IMG/VR virus record: IMGVR_UViG_3300023100_000001
Coordinates: 1-47,769 of that record
Length of the DNA stretch: 47,769 nt
Direction: 5' to 3' (one strand)
Source: a virus
Lineage: Duplodnaviria > Caudoviricetes
Every line of letters begins with the position of its first letter. Position 1 is the stretch's first letter. Shown here piece after piece: positions 35,577 to 45,295 of the stretch. The position numbers were made by a program, and so were the translations under genes. The notes below the pieces were generated by a model. That model saw nothing but the letters and a program-made list of their open reading frames with translations, searched no databases and had not been told where the DNA came from.

Positions 35577-36920
35577 TCATTTATGTTTGAACCAGCTAAT
35601 ATCATTAGTCTGATATGATTTAAAAACTGTATTTACTTGTTCGCCGTGGCTCAGCTCCATTTGATATTTAGTATAAGCGATATAATTCACTGCTGCCATA
35701 TCGGTTAATCCTACATCATTATTTTCGATCAGTTCAGTGAGGTCATTGAGGAAACGTAAAAGTATGTTTCGATTCCCTCCAACGATCCCCGCGTTTAACA
35801 ATACCTTTCTCCTGAACGACATAAAAAAGCGGGCAAATACCGGCTTATTATGATGCCTTCTTAGCCAATCATTATGGATAGTGCTTTTTTCATCACCTAT
35901 ATAAATTCTGTTTTTCGATATTTCATCAAATGGATTCTTAAGTACCTGGACATCTGTTGCATCTACGCAAAACATATTCTCAATTTCATTATTTTCAATG
36001 TACTTTTTATATTCAATCCACCTCTTTGTATATGGATTGCCTCCCGGCTCAACTCTTATCAATTTTGCGCCCCTATATTCCGTAACATCAAAACAATCAT
36101 GAATAATTACCAGACCTAAGCCGTTTAAGCTATCAATAAGATCATCAATAAGTGTTAAGTCTGCAGTCCATTGTTCGGTTCTTTGCGGATCATTTATTCC
36201 TGTAAAAAAGCAGGTCAATATTTGATTTACAGGCTCCATGAATGAAATGTATTTTTTTGACTTGATCTCTTTTTGATATTTTGCCCTATTTTTAAATGCC
36301 AGGCTATTTCTCAACTTCACATCGACACTTCTCTTGGTTGTCTGATCCCAATCATAAGAATAAAAAAGATCCAGAGAATTAGAAATATCCATGAATGGAT
36401 ACTTTGTCAACCCGGCATTATGAATTCTCCTGGAATGCCCTACATGCTCATATGACCATTTCCCGAATTCCGGATCCATGCCACCCACTGCCTCAAAGCA
36501 AGCCTTTGTATAAAAATTCATGCACCCACATGGCTCTTGATATATAGATAAATTGCCATTCTGTCCTATCTTTTTTCTACCATTTGGCGAACCATTAGAG
36601 AATTTAGTAAAACTGAAGCACAAATGATTTTCACCAGAATTAATATAGGGTAGATGCCAATCTTTAACCTTTGGGTAAACATCATCATCGAAGGCAAAAT
36701 GATAATCATATCCCTGAGTTAATTCAAATGCCTTATTTTTGGCCGCAGCAATTCCTTTTGATTTTTCAAAGCGGAATGTTGCCTCCGGAACCGGGACAAT
36801 AGAGCCATCATCAATAACCACCAAAAGCGCACCCTTGGGTAATAGCTTTTTGATGTTTTCGTACGATATTTTGAATATTTCGTAACGATTATGAGTGGTA
36901 ATGGAAACCGCTATCCTCAT
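35577..36920 (-). CDS. Two-domain glycosyltransferase (GT2 plus a second GT-A domain)
   Basis: SITTHNR, VVIDDGS, GIAAAKN, FDDD, VGGMD...YEH; second domain CVDATDV, LLNAGIVGG, DMAAVN. Confidence 0.9.
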   Translation of the reverse strand: MRIAVSITTHNRYEIFKISYENIKKLLPKGALLVVIDDGSIVPVPEATFRFEKSKGIAAAKNKAFELTQGYDYHFAFDDDVYPKVKDWHLPYINSGENHLCFSFTKFSNGSPNGRKKIGQNGNLSIYQEPCGCMNFYTKACFEAVGGMDPEFGKWSYEHVGHSRRIHNAGLTKYPFMDISNSLDLFYSYDWDQTTKRSVDVKLRNSLAFKNRAKYQKEIKSKKYISFMEPVNQILTCFFTGINDPQRTEQWTADLTLIDDLIDSLNGLGLVIIHDCFDVTEYRGAKLIRVEPGGNPYTKRWIEYKKYIENNEIENMFCVDATDVQVLKNPFDEISKNRIYIGDEKSTIHNDWLRRHHNKPVFARFFMSFRRKVLLNAGIVGGNRNILLRFLNDLTELIENNDVGLTDMAAVNYIAYTKYQMELSHGEQVNTVFKSYQTNDISWFKHK

Positions 36921-37102
36921 TACATCAATATTAATTTTGGTTTTGGTTTTTCCCTTACCCTCATTTGCTCCTGAAGTTCACCAATACGATTCATTTTCTC
37001 GATCACCCCATTGATGACAATTGTAAATTCTTCACCCAAAGCATCATATACTTCCTGTATTTCTGCTTTTAATTTTTCGATTTCTTGTGTCTTTTCGTCC
37101 AT
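36920..37102 (-). CDS. Small coiled-coil protein between the glycosyltransferases
   Basis: 60 aa, coupled on both sides. Confidence 0.65.
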   Translation of the reverse strand: MDEKTQEIEKLKAEIQEVYDALGEEFTIVINGVIEKMNRIGELQEQMRVREKPKPKLILM

Positions 37103-37635
37103 TATTTACACGTTTTTAAATGTTTTATATAATTCACCGGATCTTTTTGCCCCCACCTGTACAAGTGGAAAATATAAAGACCTTGTGCTATTCCAACTTT
37201 GCCGATTCGCCTTACTTTATTGGTAAAGTCACGGTCAAACAGTATTGATTTTTCTGCAAAGCCACCAACTTTTAACCATGCTTCTTTTGTGAAAAGCATA
37301 AAAACCCCCGCTAAGTCAAACTTAACAGGGGTAACTATGGATCGAAAAGAACAAAAGCGTTGATGTGCTATTTTTTGATGCTCGGTAATGCTTTCCTCAT
37401 AAGAGAATTTCTTCTCATGCAATTGCCTGTTATCTCTCAATCGATTAGTGATGCACCCGATCAAAGAGAAGTCTGTTTCGTTAATTATCTGCTCAATGAG
37501 TTGCGCCCCGTCTTCAAACATTAAAGTGTCCTGATCCCTTATACATATCCATGCATCATCAGGAAGTAAGGCAATATGATCATTTAATCCTTTGCCTATA
37601 TTATCCTTGAAATATGGTGTTATATAATAAATCAT
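37102..37635 (-). CDS. Glycosyltransferase (GT2-like)
   Basis: WICIRDQD DxD, AGVFMLFTKEAWLKVGGF...FDRDF, YIFHLY. Confidence 0.85.
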   Translation of the reverse strand: MIYYITPYFKDNIGKGLNDHIALLPDDAWICIRDQDTLMFEDGAQLIEQIINETDFSLIGCITNRLRDNRQLHEKKFSYEESITEHQKIAHQRFCSFRSIVTPVKFDLAGVFMLFTKEAWLKVGGFAEKSILFDRDFTNKVRRIGKVGIAQGLYIFHLYRWGQKDPVNYIKHLKTCK

Positions 37636-37961
37636 TTCTTTGCTTTCTTTTCTCTCGATTTTGCACGTTCAATGCACTCATGCTGCAATACCAGATATCT
37701 ACTCAGTGACATTTTTTCAAGTTCTGAAAGATCAAAACCTGATTCGCTTTTTATGAACATCAATCCACGCAGCCAATCAAGCTCCATGTCTGTTAACCGG
37801 TCTTTGAATCCCCCTTTTTGCCTGAAGCTGTTTTCTTTGGAGTAGAACCGGTAATTGTCGTCAAACTTGGTATCTTTAGGTTTAGACTCGGACTTACTGC
37901 CATTAAAAGGTTTAAGGATTCCTGATAGCCTCTTAACATATTTGCTGCCAAGTGAAAAAAA
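37632..37961 (-). CDS. -1 frameshift extension of the tail chaperone (gpGT-like)
   Basis: The -1 frame is open from the T7 run to TGA at 37632 (...LEKMSLSRYLVLQHECIERAKSREKKAKK), overlapping the next ATG. Confidence 0.7.
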   Translation of the reverse strand, partial: FFSLGSKYVKRLSGILKPFNGSKSESKPKDTKFDDNYRFYSKENSFRQKGGFKDRLTDMELDWLRGLMFIKSESGFDLSELEKMSLSRYLVLQHECIERAKSREKKAKK

Positions 37962-38365
37962 TCGATCGCTGCAATTCCTTCAGCTTTCCAATCATTAATT
38001 TTCTGCATGGCAATGTCTTTATTCCATGTACTCAGGTCTTCGCCCGGATAATTACAGAATAATGTACAGAACATTACCTGTGCCGGTATATTATCGTCTC
38101 CCTGCTCCTTAATCGCACTCATTTGATTCATGCAAAGCGACACGGCTTTGTGATGTGATTCGAGAAGATTGTTGCCCGATGTCAAAGCCTTTTGTATTTC
38201 CAAGAGAGTTCCGAAGATATCCTGATATGATACTCCGAAACCAAGCTCAACGCCTAATTTTTCATATAGCTGATATCTACCAACGGACATCTGGTCATAT
38301 TGAATAAGGAATTCTTTTCCGTTCGCCTTGAAACTATTTTGTGTTAGATCGATTCTCCTTACCAT
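37793..38365 (-). CDS. Tail assembly chaperone (gpG-like)
   Basis: 190 aa with slippery GAT TTT TTT at 37955-37961. Confidence 0.7.
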   Translation of the reverse strand: MVRRIDLTQNSFKANGKEFLIQYDQMSVGRYQLYEKLGVELGFGVSYQDIFGTLLEIQKALTSGNNLLESHHKAVSLCMNQMSAIKEQGDDNIPAQVMFCTLFCNYPGEDLSTWNKDIAMQKINDWKAEGIAAIDFFHLAANMLRGYQESLNLLMAVSPSLNLKIPSLTTITGSTPKKTASGKKGDSKTG

Positions 38366-38649
38366 TCCCAGAATTTATTAATAAAGCCAGCAATTAAAAT
38401 AGCGGCTCCTGTATTAAAGAATATGGTCGCAATTGGTAGCCACATAATGACTGAATACCATAATGCAATCTGTCCGGATAAACACAATGGACATTCAACA
38501 GCGTGCCTTATTTTACCAATGGCAGGATATTTGAGTTCAATCTTATTTAATTGTTTTGGAATAAATTCAAGAAGCTGATCTTCTGCGATCAACACAAGTG
38601 TAAAGCAGCACCCGATCACTACTGAAAATAAAATTATGTACGTATCCAT
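38359..38649 (-). CDS. Membrane protein with CPLC motif (DUF1360-like)
   Basis: TM helices flanking ECPLCLSGQIALW. Confidence 0.7.
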   Translation of the reverse strand: MDTYIILFSVVIGCCFTLVLIAEDQLLEFIPKQLNKIELKYPAIGKIRHAVECPLCLSGQIALWYSVIMWLPIATIFFNTGAAILIAGFINKFWEW

Positions 38650-38659
38650 AGTTATAGTT

Positions 38660-39586
38660 TTAAATAGTTTGTTCTTTTAGTTTTATCTTTCTTCGATTCT
38701 GTCCTTTAAATTCTATGTATCCATCAGAAACCGGAACCCTCTCAACCTTATTTTTCCAAAACTTATGATCTGAGTTCATGTATTCCTCCATTGTTTCCCG
38801 GAAAGCCTGTTTTATTCCATTGTCAGAGCTATCTCTTCGCCTCGTATGCTTTTCTGCCTGCTTTGCGAATGTTCGGCTTAAGGGATATCTGCCAGCATTC
38901 ATTTCAGCTAATTCTGCACGATATTTTACAGATGCGGCACCATTTACAATAGTTTCATCACCACCAATCTTTAAGAATGGTACTCCTTCGCTGTCTGTTA
39001 CATGATATCCTCTTTGCCCGTGCTTATCTGTTGGTCCGTTAAGGAATTGTGATACAGGACCACCATCAGCAAGGGAGTTTATTTCTGATTGTTTAGCCTT
39101 TATCCCTGCTATCAATGCTATAAATCCGGCAATAACCCCAGCAGCAACCGCAATACCAGCACCAAAAGGCAATTCTGAATTTGCGGCAACCGACTTGGTG
39201 GCCATCGTAATAATATTCGATGTTTGGGTGATGGCATCAGCTCTTAATTGAGCCTGTAACGCCTCTTTTTTGATCCGCTTTTGCTGTTCAAGTGCTGCCG
39301 CTTCACGTGCCTTTAATTCGTTGAGCTCTTTTTGTTTTTCGACAACATTATTGCGATAGCCTTTTGCAGCTTTGTCCTGCTCGTCTGCTAAAATCTGCTC
39401 TTTCTCTGCCACCTGCTCCCGGAGCGCATCTACTACTTTTTGTTGTGCGGCAATTTCACGGTCTGCCGATTCTTCGGCGGCATCTGCTACAGCTCCAAAA
39501 ATGGATGTAACACCCTCAAGAGCCAAAGCGGATTGATATGCAGGATTATCATCAGTTCCGCTTGATGATTTACCTTTGCCGGACAA
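38660..39586 (-). CDS. Tape measure protein, C-terminal segment
   Basis: LPFGAGIAVAAGVIAG TM-like stretch, LADGG...GGDETIVN; frame open upstream to about 39651. Confidence 0.75.
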   Translation of the reverse strand: MSGKGKSSSGTDDNPAYQSALALEGVTSIFGAVADAAEESADREIAAQQKVVDALREQVAEKEQILADEQDKAAKGYRNNVVEKQKELNELKAREAAALEQQKRIKKEALQAQLRADAITQTSNIITMATKSVAANSELPFGAGIAVAAGVIAGFIALIAGIKAKQSEINSLADGGPVSQFLNGPTDKHGQRGYHVTDSEGVPFLKIGGDETIVNGAASVKYRAELAEMNAGRYPLSRTFAKQAEKHTRRRDSSDNGIKQAFRETMEEYMNSDHKFWKNKVERVPVSDGYIEFKGQNRRKIKLKEQTI

Positions 39587-39588
39587 CC

Positions 39589-41589
39589 CTAATTTTTGCC
39601 TATAAAGAGCGATCTCATATTCAAGTATCTCTCTTTCTTTTTCCGTGCAGGATCACTCTGAATTGCGGACAATCTTAATTGCGCATACTTCAGATCAATT
39701 TCGAGAATGTTCCTGTTCTTCTCTTCCTCTTTTTGGACGAGTAGATCATTTTGCAGAAGGGACACTTCTTTTAAATGATCCAGATCAGCAAGCAATTCAT
39801 TTAGGTCTCTTTCTCTTGCTTCTCCGACCTTAACATAAGCGGCATTTAAAGCCTTGCCTTGAGCCTCAAAAGCATCCAACTGAGCCTGTAATGCCTCCTG
39901 CCTGATCTCAGCTAATGCTTCATTTTTCTTCTTAATTACATCAACCCGAAGCGTTTCAATGTCATTTAGCGCCTCTTGCGTGATTTTCCTGCCTACTTCA
40001 CCAGCTTGTCTTATTAGCGCTTCTTCAAGTTCTTGAATTTCGAGAAGTGCGATATTAGCCATTGCCTCAACTTGTGCGGCAGGATCAAGTGATCCAGCGA
40101 AAGCCACGGATGCCTTTTTTGCTAATGAATCATATGCATTATTGAGTTTTTCAATAGCATCGGCCAATTTTTTAGCTGCGGCCTCTTGTGCTTTTTTTGC
40201 AGCTGCGTTATCAGTAGTTAAATCGGTGTCTTCCTTGGTCTTTTTTGCGAGAAGCCCATTTGCTTGCAATAAAAGATATACTGCTGTTTTGGCTGTGTTA
40301 TTGGCGTTTATTACAGCGTTTTCCGCTTTTTGGTATTTGTCTGTTTCTTCTCGAAGGTTCTTTATCTTGTCCGCATATGAATCAACTGCTGACCCTCCCG
40401 TCAATCTTGCAAGATCCTGTATTAAGAAGTTTATGCCCTGAGCAACGTCCGAAATAATGGAGAAAACAGTTTCTAATCCGGGGACTGATTGTATAATAGT
40501 ATCAACCCCTCTGATTAATAAAGTGACAGCATCAACAATCGTTAATAAATTGTCGGCAATTTTATCACCATCAAAATCCAATAAGCCAGAAGTAACCGTT
40601 TGTAGGGTTCCTGCAAGTTCAACCAATGCCGGATAAATGGAGTCTTTAATGACAGAAAAGAAAACAAGCATCTGTTTAATATCAAGACTCTGAATAAAGT
40701 CAATCATATATTTAACCAACTCCTTGAGTGCCGGTAGCGCCTCTTCGCCAATTTCTCTACCTAATTTCTGAAACTCTTTTTGTAATTTACTTACCTGCCC
40801 TAAGAAAGTATTTGATTGAGCTTCTACGAGTCCAAAAAATAAACCTCCGGATTCGCCCATTGAAAGAAAAGCCTTATTGAAAATTTCGGCAGTAATTTTG
40901 CCTTCCTCCTGCATTTTATTGAGCTCAACTCTGGAAATACCTAATTGCTTGATCAATACATCATATATAGGTATACCAGCCTCGGCAATTTGAAGCATTT
41001 CATCACCTTGAACCCTACCTTGATTCTGAACTTTAGCATAAATGGTGACTAACTCGTCAATAGCTCTTCCTGTACCAGCAGAAATATCACCAAAGGCTTT
41101 CAGTTTCCCTTCAAGTTCATCTACCGGAACCTTTAGCGCTAAAAGTCTTTTGCCGGCGCTGAATATGTCCTCCTGGGTAAATAATGATTCTCCAGAGAAC
41201 TTGTCAAGTATAGCAAGCGCCTTATCAGCCTCAGCAGCCGACCCTAATAATGTTTTGAATGTAACGGTTAATTTTTCGTACTCCCCGGCCAGCGTTACTG
41301 TATTTTTTGCTGCAGCCGCAAGGGCATTGCTTATTTTATTAATAGTTTGCAATGCCAGACCACCTAAAGCCGACCCTCCCGCTATCTTCCAAAACGAAGT
41401 TGCCGATTGTGTTGCCTGCTGGAACTGCTTATTTGAATTACCAATTCCGGATGCAAGGTTATTCCCTCCTCCGGCACTTGATCCCGTTGCCGCCTGCCTT
41501 AATTTCTTATACGCGTTTTCGGCTTCATGGAGACCCTTGAGAAGCTGTTTATTGTCGACAGTAAGAACATATGTTGACTTTCCTGCCAT
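39589..41589 (-). CDS. Tape measure protein, N-terminal segment
   Basis: Tape-measure N-terminal domain GRVQGDEMLQIAEAGIPIYDVL; Ala/Leu-rich helical. Confidence 0.92.
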   Translation of the reverse strand: MAGKSTYVLTVDNKQLLKGLHEAENAYKKLRQAATGSSAGGGNNLASGIGNSNKQFQQATQSATSFWKIAGGSALGGLALQTINKISNALAAAAKNTVTLAGEYEKLTVTFKTLLGSAAEADKALAILDKFSGESLFTQEDIFSAGKRLLALKVPVDELEGKLKAFGDISAGTGRAIDELVTIYAKVQNQGRVQGDEMLQIAEAGIPIYDVLIKQLGISRVELNKMQEEGKITAEIFNKAFLSMGESGGLFFGLVEAQSNTFLGQVSKLQKEFQKLGREIGEEALPALKELVKYMIDFIQSLDIKQMLVFFSVIKDSIYPALVELAGTLQTVTSGLLDFDGDKIADNLLTIVDAVTLLIRGVDTIIQSVPGLETVFSIISDVAQGINFLIQDLARLTGGSAVDSYADKIKNLREETDKYQKAENAVINANNTAKTAVYLLLQANGLLAKKTKEDTDLTTDNAAAKKAQEAAAKKLADAIEKLNNAYDSLAKKASVAFAGSLDPAAQVEAMANIALLEIQELEEALIRQAGEVGRKITQEALNDIETLRVDVIKKKNEALAEIRQEALQAQLDAFEAQGKALNAAYVKVGEARERDLNELLADLDHLKEVSLLQNDLLVQKEEEKNRNILEIDLKYAQLRLSAIQSDPARKKKERYLNMRSLFIGKN

Positions 41590-42662
41590 TATTTTATATT
41601 ATAGTGGATTTCCGAAGATTGAGTTGTGATGATCGAAGCTTTGCTGTAGTTTCTTTTATTACCGCACAGCCAGCAGTTGTTGTAATCCTGATCTACATTG
41701 TTGGCCAGCCAATTCATATAATCGTTGATCATCTTCTGAACTTTGTTGTTGCGCCCCATAAGTCGTTCATTGTCCAGGAGGGTGTATCTGTTTACCGCAT
41801 TTGAGTTAAGTATATAGTTTATCACTTTTTTGATGACATAAAGCTGATATACCTTAGCGATTGTCTTATAGTATGGCTGGGAAATAAATAGATCCATATC
41901 ATCGCAAAGCCAGCTTTCAATGTCCTCACAATCAGAAGTCGTGAAGAGCGTGAATCCGTAGGTTAGTGTTACTATATCATCTTTAGAATCAATAATAGTG
42001 CTTATCTCATCAGCTTTTACCCCGTTGATGTTATAATACTTATTCCATCCTTTTGATGCGCCGGCACATGAGCATGTAAGCCGATTATTTAAAACCGTAT
42101 CATTGAATTGCGACCTGTCAAAAACTATTGAATAAGTCTTTGATGTTTGAAGCGTGATATCCGGTTCTATGAAAGTATTTGGCTTCACTGCGAAAGTATC
42201 TACTTCGTTTCCTTCACTATCGTAAATAAAGATGGTCCGGTCAACCAATGGGCTTGCAGGACTATCAATGTTAAGTTTGAATTTTCGGATTTTGAAACTA
42301 CCGCCCCTTACACCTTTGTTGAATAACTTTAATCCAACATAGTCTTCAGTGACAGACATGCCGACATTGCTTTTCACTTTGCCGATGACATCATCTACTT
42401 TTTTGAGCCTTACCCTGTTATACGTACGGATCATTACATGCAGGTCCACAAGCAAACTATTTTCTGCTTCTGCCCTTGCACGATCAATAATATTTACTAT
42501 GGACCCAGCACCACAATCAGCAGCGGATTTAATAGGGAGTATCGGAACGCCCACCTCCATATCATCTACGTAAAGACCTGTAGCCGGGGCAAGCTCTCCC
42601 TCGGTGTCAATACATGCACAATCGTTCGGAGTGATGCCAACTAAACTTTGTAAACAACCCAT
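41589..42662 (-). CDS. Head-tail connector-like structural protein
   Basis: 357 aa between capsid and tape measure; Cys-rich termini. Confidence 0.6.
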   Translation of the reverse strand: MGCLQSLVGITPNDCACIDTEGELAPATGLYVDDMEVGVPILPIKSAADCGAGSIVNIIDRARAEAENSLLVDLHVMIRTYNRVRLKKVDDVIGKVKSNVGMSVTEDYVGLKLFNKGVRGGSFKIRKFKLNIDSPASPLVDRTIFIYDSEGNEVDTFAVKPNTFIEPDITLQTSKTYSIVFDRSQFNDTVLNNRLTCSCAGASKGWNKYYNINGVKADEISTIIDSKDDIVTLTYGFTLFTTSDCEDIESWLCDDMDLFISQPYYKTIAKVYQLYVIKKVINYILNSNAVNRYTLLDNERLMGRNNKVQKMINDYMNWLANNVDQDYNNCWLCGNKRNYSKASIITTQSSEIHYNIK

Positions 42663-42675
42663 AGTAATTTTAATT

Positions 42676-42704
42676 AAAAAAGGAGAAGCATTAAGCCCCT
42701 CCTT
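42676..42704 (-). terminator. Intrinsic terminator after the major capsid gene
   Basis: AAGGAGGGGC-TTAAT-GCTTCTCCTT followed by a T tract. Confidence 0.7.
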
Positions 42705-42737
42705 CCTTCCTTTAATATAATTCGAAAATTATGCGTC

Positions 42738-43835
42738 TTATGTAGTAGGTGTATTCTTCGCAAAGTAGTACACCCCTGTGTCGTTAGCATTACATGCATT
42801 CGGCCCGATGTGGAAACCTCCTGAAAGTGTAAGTTTGAACTTGTACACCTTTCTTGGTCTGCCATTCACGCCCTCGATGCAATCTTCCTGCATATATACG
42901 TCATAGTACAGCGGATTGCCGTTTTGGTCACGTAGGTACATTGTAGGTTCTTTCCATCTGGTAAGCGCTTTAGATGACAACCACATTTCCGGCTCAAAAT
43001 TGGACACATCATTTGTGAACCATGCCAGAATGTTGTTAGGATCGAACATGATCAGCCTTCCGGCATCATTGTTCAGTGTTGACATTGCGATTGGGTCGAA
43101 ATACCATTTGTTACCCATGCCGTCATAAAGACCTGCTTCGTTGACAACTGCCCCACCATTGTTATTAAGGTGTTGAGCAAGGTAAACATCCGCTTGCCAT
43201 GTTCCATCAGCAACATAGACCGGGTTAGTTACCTGATTTATTTGAGACATTACATACATCTCTGACAATACTCTCGGTCTGTCAATTGCTGATCCCGGAT
43301 ACAAGTATGGAGTTCCGTCAAGATCCCATCCTTCTGGCACTTCGCCTTCGTATGCTGATGCCGGAGAAATACCTGCATAAAGTTGAGCCATCATGAAAGC
43401 GGATAAGTTTGCCTCTGCCTTTAATTTGGCATTCGCAATACCTTCAGCAATCTTTTTTACTGCCGGGAAAAGATCATTACACTCATCATCTCTGACAATG
43501 AATTTTTCTTCATGGCAATAATTTGCCTCAAGTCTTTCCTTTACGGATTCGCCTTCTGCGCCTGTGATGTCACAAGAGAAAACGTAATCTTCATCAGCGC
43601 AATCAACGCCGGTAGATCCGCAATACTTAAGCCATGTCATATCAACAGCGGTACATTTGCCGTCTGCTGTCATAACTGGAAGTGGTACTGCCGTTTGGTT
43701 TTCCAAGACCGCTTTCGCTGTGTTTAATCTTGGATCATTTTTCCGGAGGTTCAGCCTGCCACCGGTAATAAATATATTCTGCACTTCTGTTAAGACTTGC
43801 GGAATCTGTGATGCTGAAAAGTCGCCTGCTGCCAT
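42738..43835 (-). CDS. Major capsid protein
   Basis: 365 aa after the scaffold-like gene and followed by a terminator. Confidence 0.75.
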   Translation of the reverse strand: MAAGDFSASQIPQVLTEVQNIFITGGRLNLRKNDPRLNTAKAVLENQTAVPLPVMTADGKCTAVDMTWLKYCGSTGVDCADEDYVFSCDITGAEGESVKERLEANYCHEEKFIVRDDECNDLFPAVKKIAEGIANAKLKAEANLSAFMMAQLYAGISPASAYEGEVPEGWDLDGTPYLYPGSAIDRPRVLSEMYVMSQINQVTNPVYVADGTWQADVYLAQHLNNNGGAVVNEAGLYDGMGNKWYFDPIAMSTLNNDAGRLIMFDPNNILAWFTNDVSNFEPEMWLSSKALTRWKEPTMYLRDQNGNPLYYDVYMQEDCIEGVNGRPRKVYKFKLTLSGGFHIGPNACNANDTGVYYFAKNTPTT

Positions 43836-43858
43836 GTTGTAGTTTCTTATTTTTTTTG

Positions 43859-44716
43859 TTACTGAATTTCGCCCGCAGCGAGCTTAGTAGTGTATTCAGC
43901 TTCAAAGGCGTTCAGATCTTCGGCGGTTGTCATCGTATGCAGTCTCTTAATGTAGTCTGCTTTTGATTGTATTCCGAATATCTTTCCCGCAGGTTGACCA
44001 GGTTGGACATTGGCGGATGTTGATACACTTGGTGGAGTTCCCGGATCAGCATTGTCTACCTCGAATATGGTAGATGCTATACTTAATCCAAGATCTTTGA
44101 ACATCACATCTCCCTGCATATTGTCTTTTAATCGACTCTTTGTCTCTTTGGATAATGGTATTGGTTCGCCATCCTTGATATCAAAATCAGCCTTGTCCAT
44201 TAATTCAGTGACGAACTCATTTAATCTGCGCTGAAGGATCTTGTCATCCTGTGGTAGTTTAAATTTACCGTCCTTGATAATCTTCAGACCTAACTGCGAT
44301 AAATTGGAGCGCAACTTTTCAGTTTCGACCGTAGTCTTGAATGAAACAAAGTCGGACTCTGCCCGCTCTTTTGCCTCTCTCAATAACTTGAGATCTTCCT
44401 TATAAGTATCTGACTGGCGGATTGAATCAGGATTTGCGGGTTCATGCTTGGCGGGTTGAATCTTGTTTATCAAGTCGTCAAATCCGCTATAGCTTGCTAC
44501 CTCAAACTTATCAGCAAGAGCCTTTTCGACTTTCGTCAAAGACCTGCTTTCTCCCTGCTTCACACCTTCGTCACGTGCGCTTTTTACCTTTGAAGTAATT
44601 GCTCCTTTGAGTAATTCTTCTACTTTGCTTGCTCCGCCGTCTTTTAAATCTTCGGCGATAGATTCAGCACTTTGTGAAGTCAAGCGTGCGAAAACCTCAA
44701 TTAATTCTTGATCCAT
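43859..44716 (-). CDS. Capsid scaffolding protein
   Basis: Charged helical 285 aa with a P/G-rich C-terminal linker, upstream of the capsid gene. Confidence 0.7.
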   Translation of the reverse strand: MDQELIEVFARLTSQSAESIAEDLKDGGASKVEELLKGAITSKVKSARDEGVKQGESRSLTKVEKALADKFEVASYSGFDDLINKIQPAKHEPANPDSIRQSDTYKEDLKLLREAKERAESDFVSFKTTVETEKLRSNLSQLGLKIIKDGKFKLPQDDKILQRRLNEFVTELMDKADFDIKDGEPIPLSKETKSRLKDNMQGDVMFKDLGLSIASTIFEVDNADPGTPPSVSTSANVQPGQPAGKIFGIQSKADYIKRLHTMTTAEDLNAFEAEYTTKLAAGEIQ

Positions 44717-44728
44717 TAGGATATTATT

Positions 44729-44953
44729 TTACACTGTTTTTGGCTTCTCTTTAGGAGCCTGATCGTTGTCGTTTTCTTTTGGCTGATTTGCCGTTTTCTG
44801 CGCTTCTTTCGGCACGAATTCTTTTTTGTCCAATGTTTTAATTACTCCGAAACCTCCGAAACCTGGCGTTTTTCTAACCTTGTTCCAAGTCTCTTCCGGC
44901 ATTTCTTCTTCCATGCCGTTTTTATAGTTCCTGACTATTACCGTTTTACTCAT
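44729..44953 (-). CDS. Small late protein (paralog of the upstream gene)
   Basis: FVPKEAQK motif shared with 44946-45293. Confidence 0.7.
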   Translation of the reverse strand: MSKTVIVRNYKNGMEEEMPEETWNKVRKTPGFGGFGVIKTLDKKEFVPKEAQKTANQPKENDNDQAPKEKPKTV

Positions 44954-45293
44954 TGTCTTCTTCTTTTGGATTTAAAGCGGCTTTTACTGCCGCCCTTAAT
45001 TCAGGTAATGGTTGAGCCGGATTGACATCAAGTTTTTTATCCTTGATGAGTTTATTCAGATCCTTTCCGGACATTTCATCAATGCTTTTTGGAGATACTT
45101 TCTGTGCTTCTTTCGGCACGAATGATTTCTCTGCGATCTGACCGCCTGATTTTATCCTCCATCCAGCTTTTGGATATGTAGCCCCATCATGCTTGATAGG
45201 CTTAAGCCTTTTCCATGCCTCAGCATTAAAATCAAGCTCTATTGGTTGACCGCTTTTATCGGTGCGGAATTCGTGTTCTGCTCTTATGATCAT
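44946..45293 (-). CDS. Small late protein with a HeH/LEM-like C-terminal motif
   Basis: IDEMSGKDLNKLIKDKKLDV...LPELRAAV. Confidence 0.7.
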   Translation of the reverse strand: MIIRAEHEFRTDKSGQPIELDFNAEAWKRLKPIKHDGATYPKAGWRIKSGGQIAEKSFVPKEAQKVSPKSIDEMSGKDLNKLIKDKKLDVNPAQPLPELRAAVKAALNPKEEDNE

Positions 45294-45295
45294 AT

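Noticed and set aside
39587-39591. Stop-codon readthrough or genetic-code reassignment joining the tape measure halves
   Set aside because: The two ORFs are in different frames, and other genes translate normally with code 11
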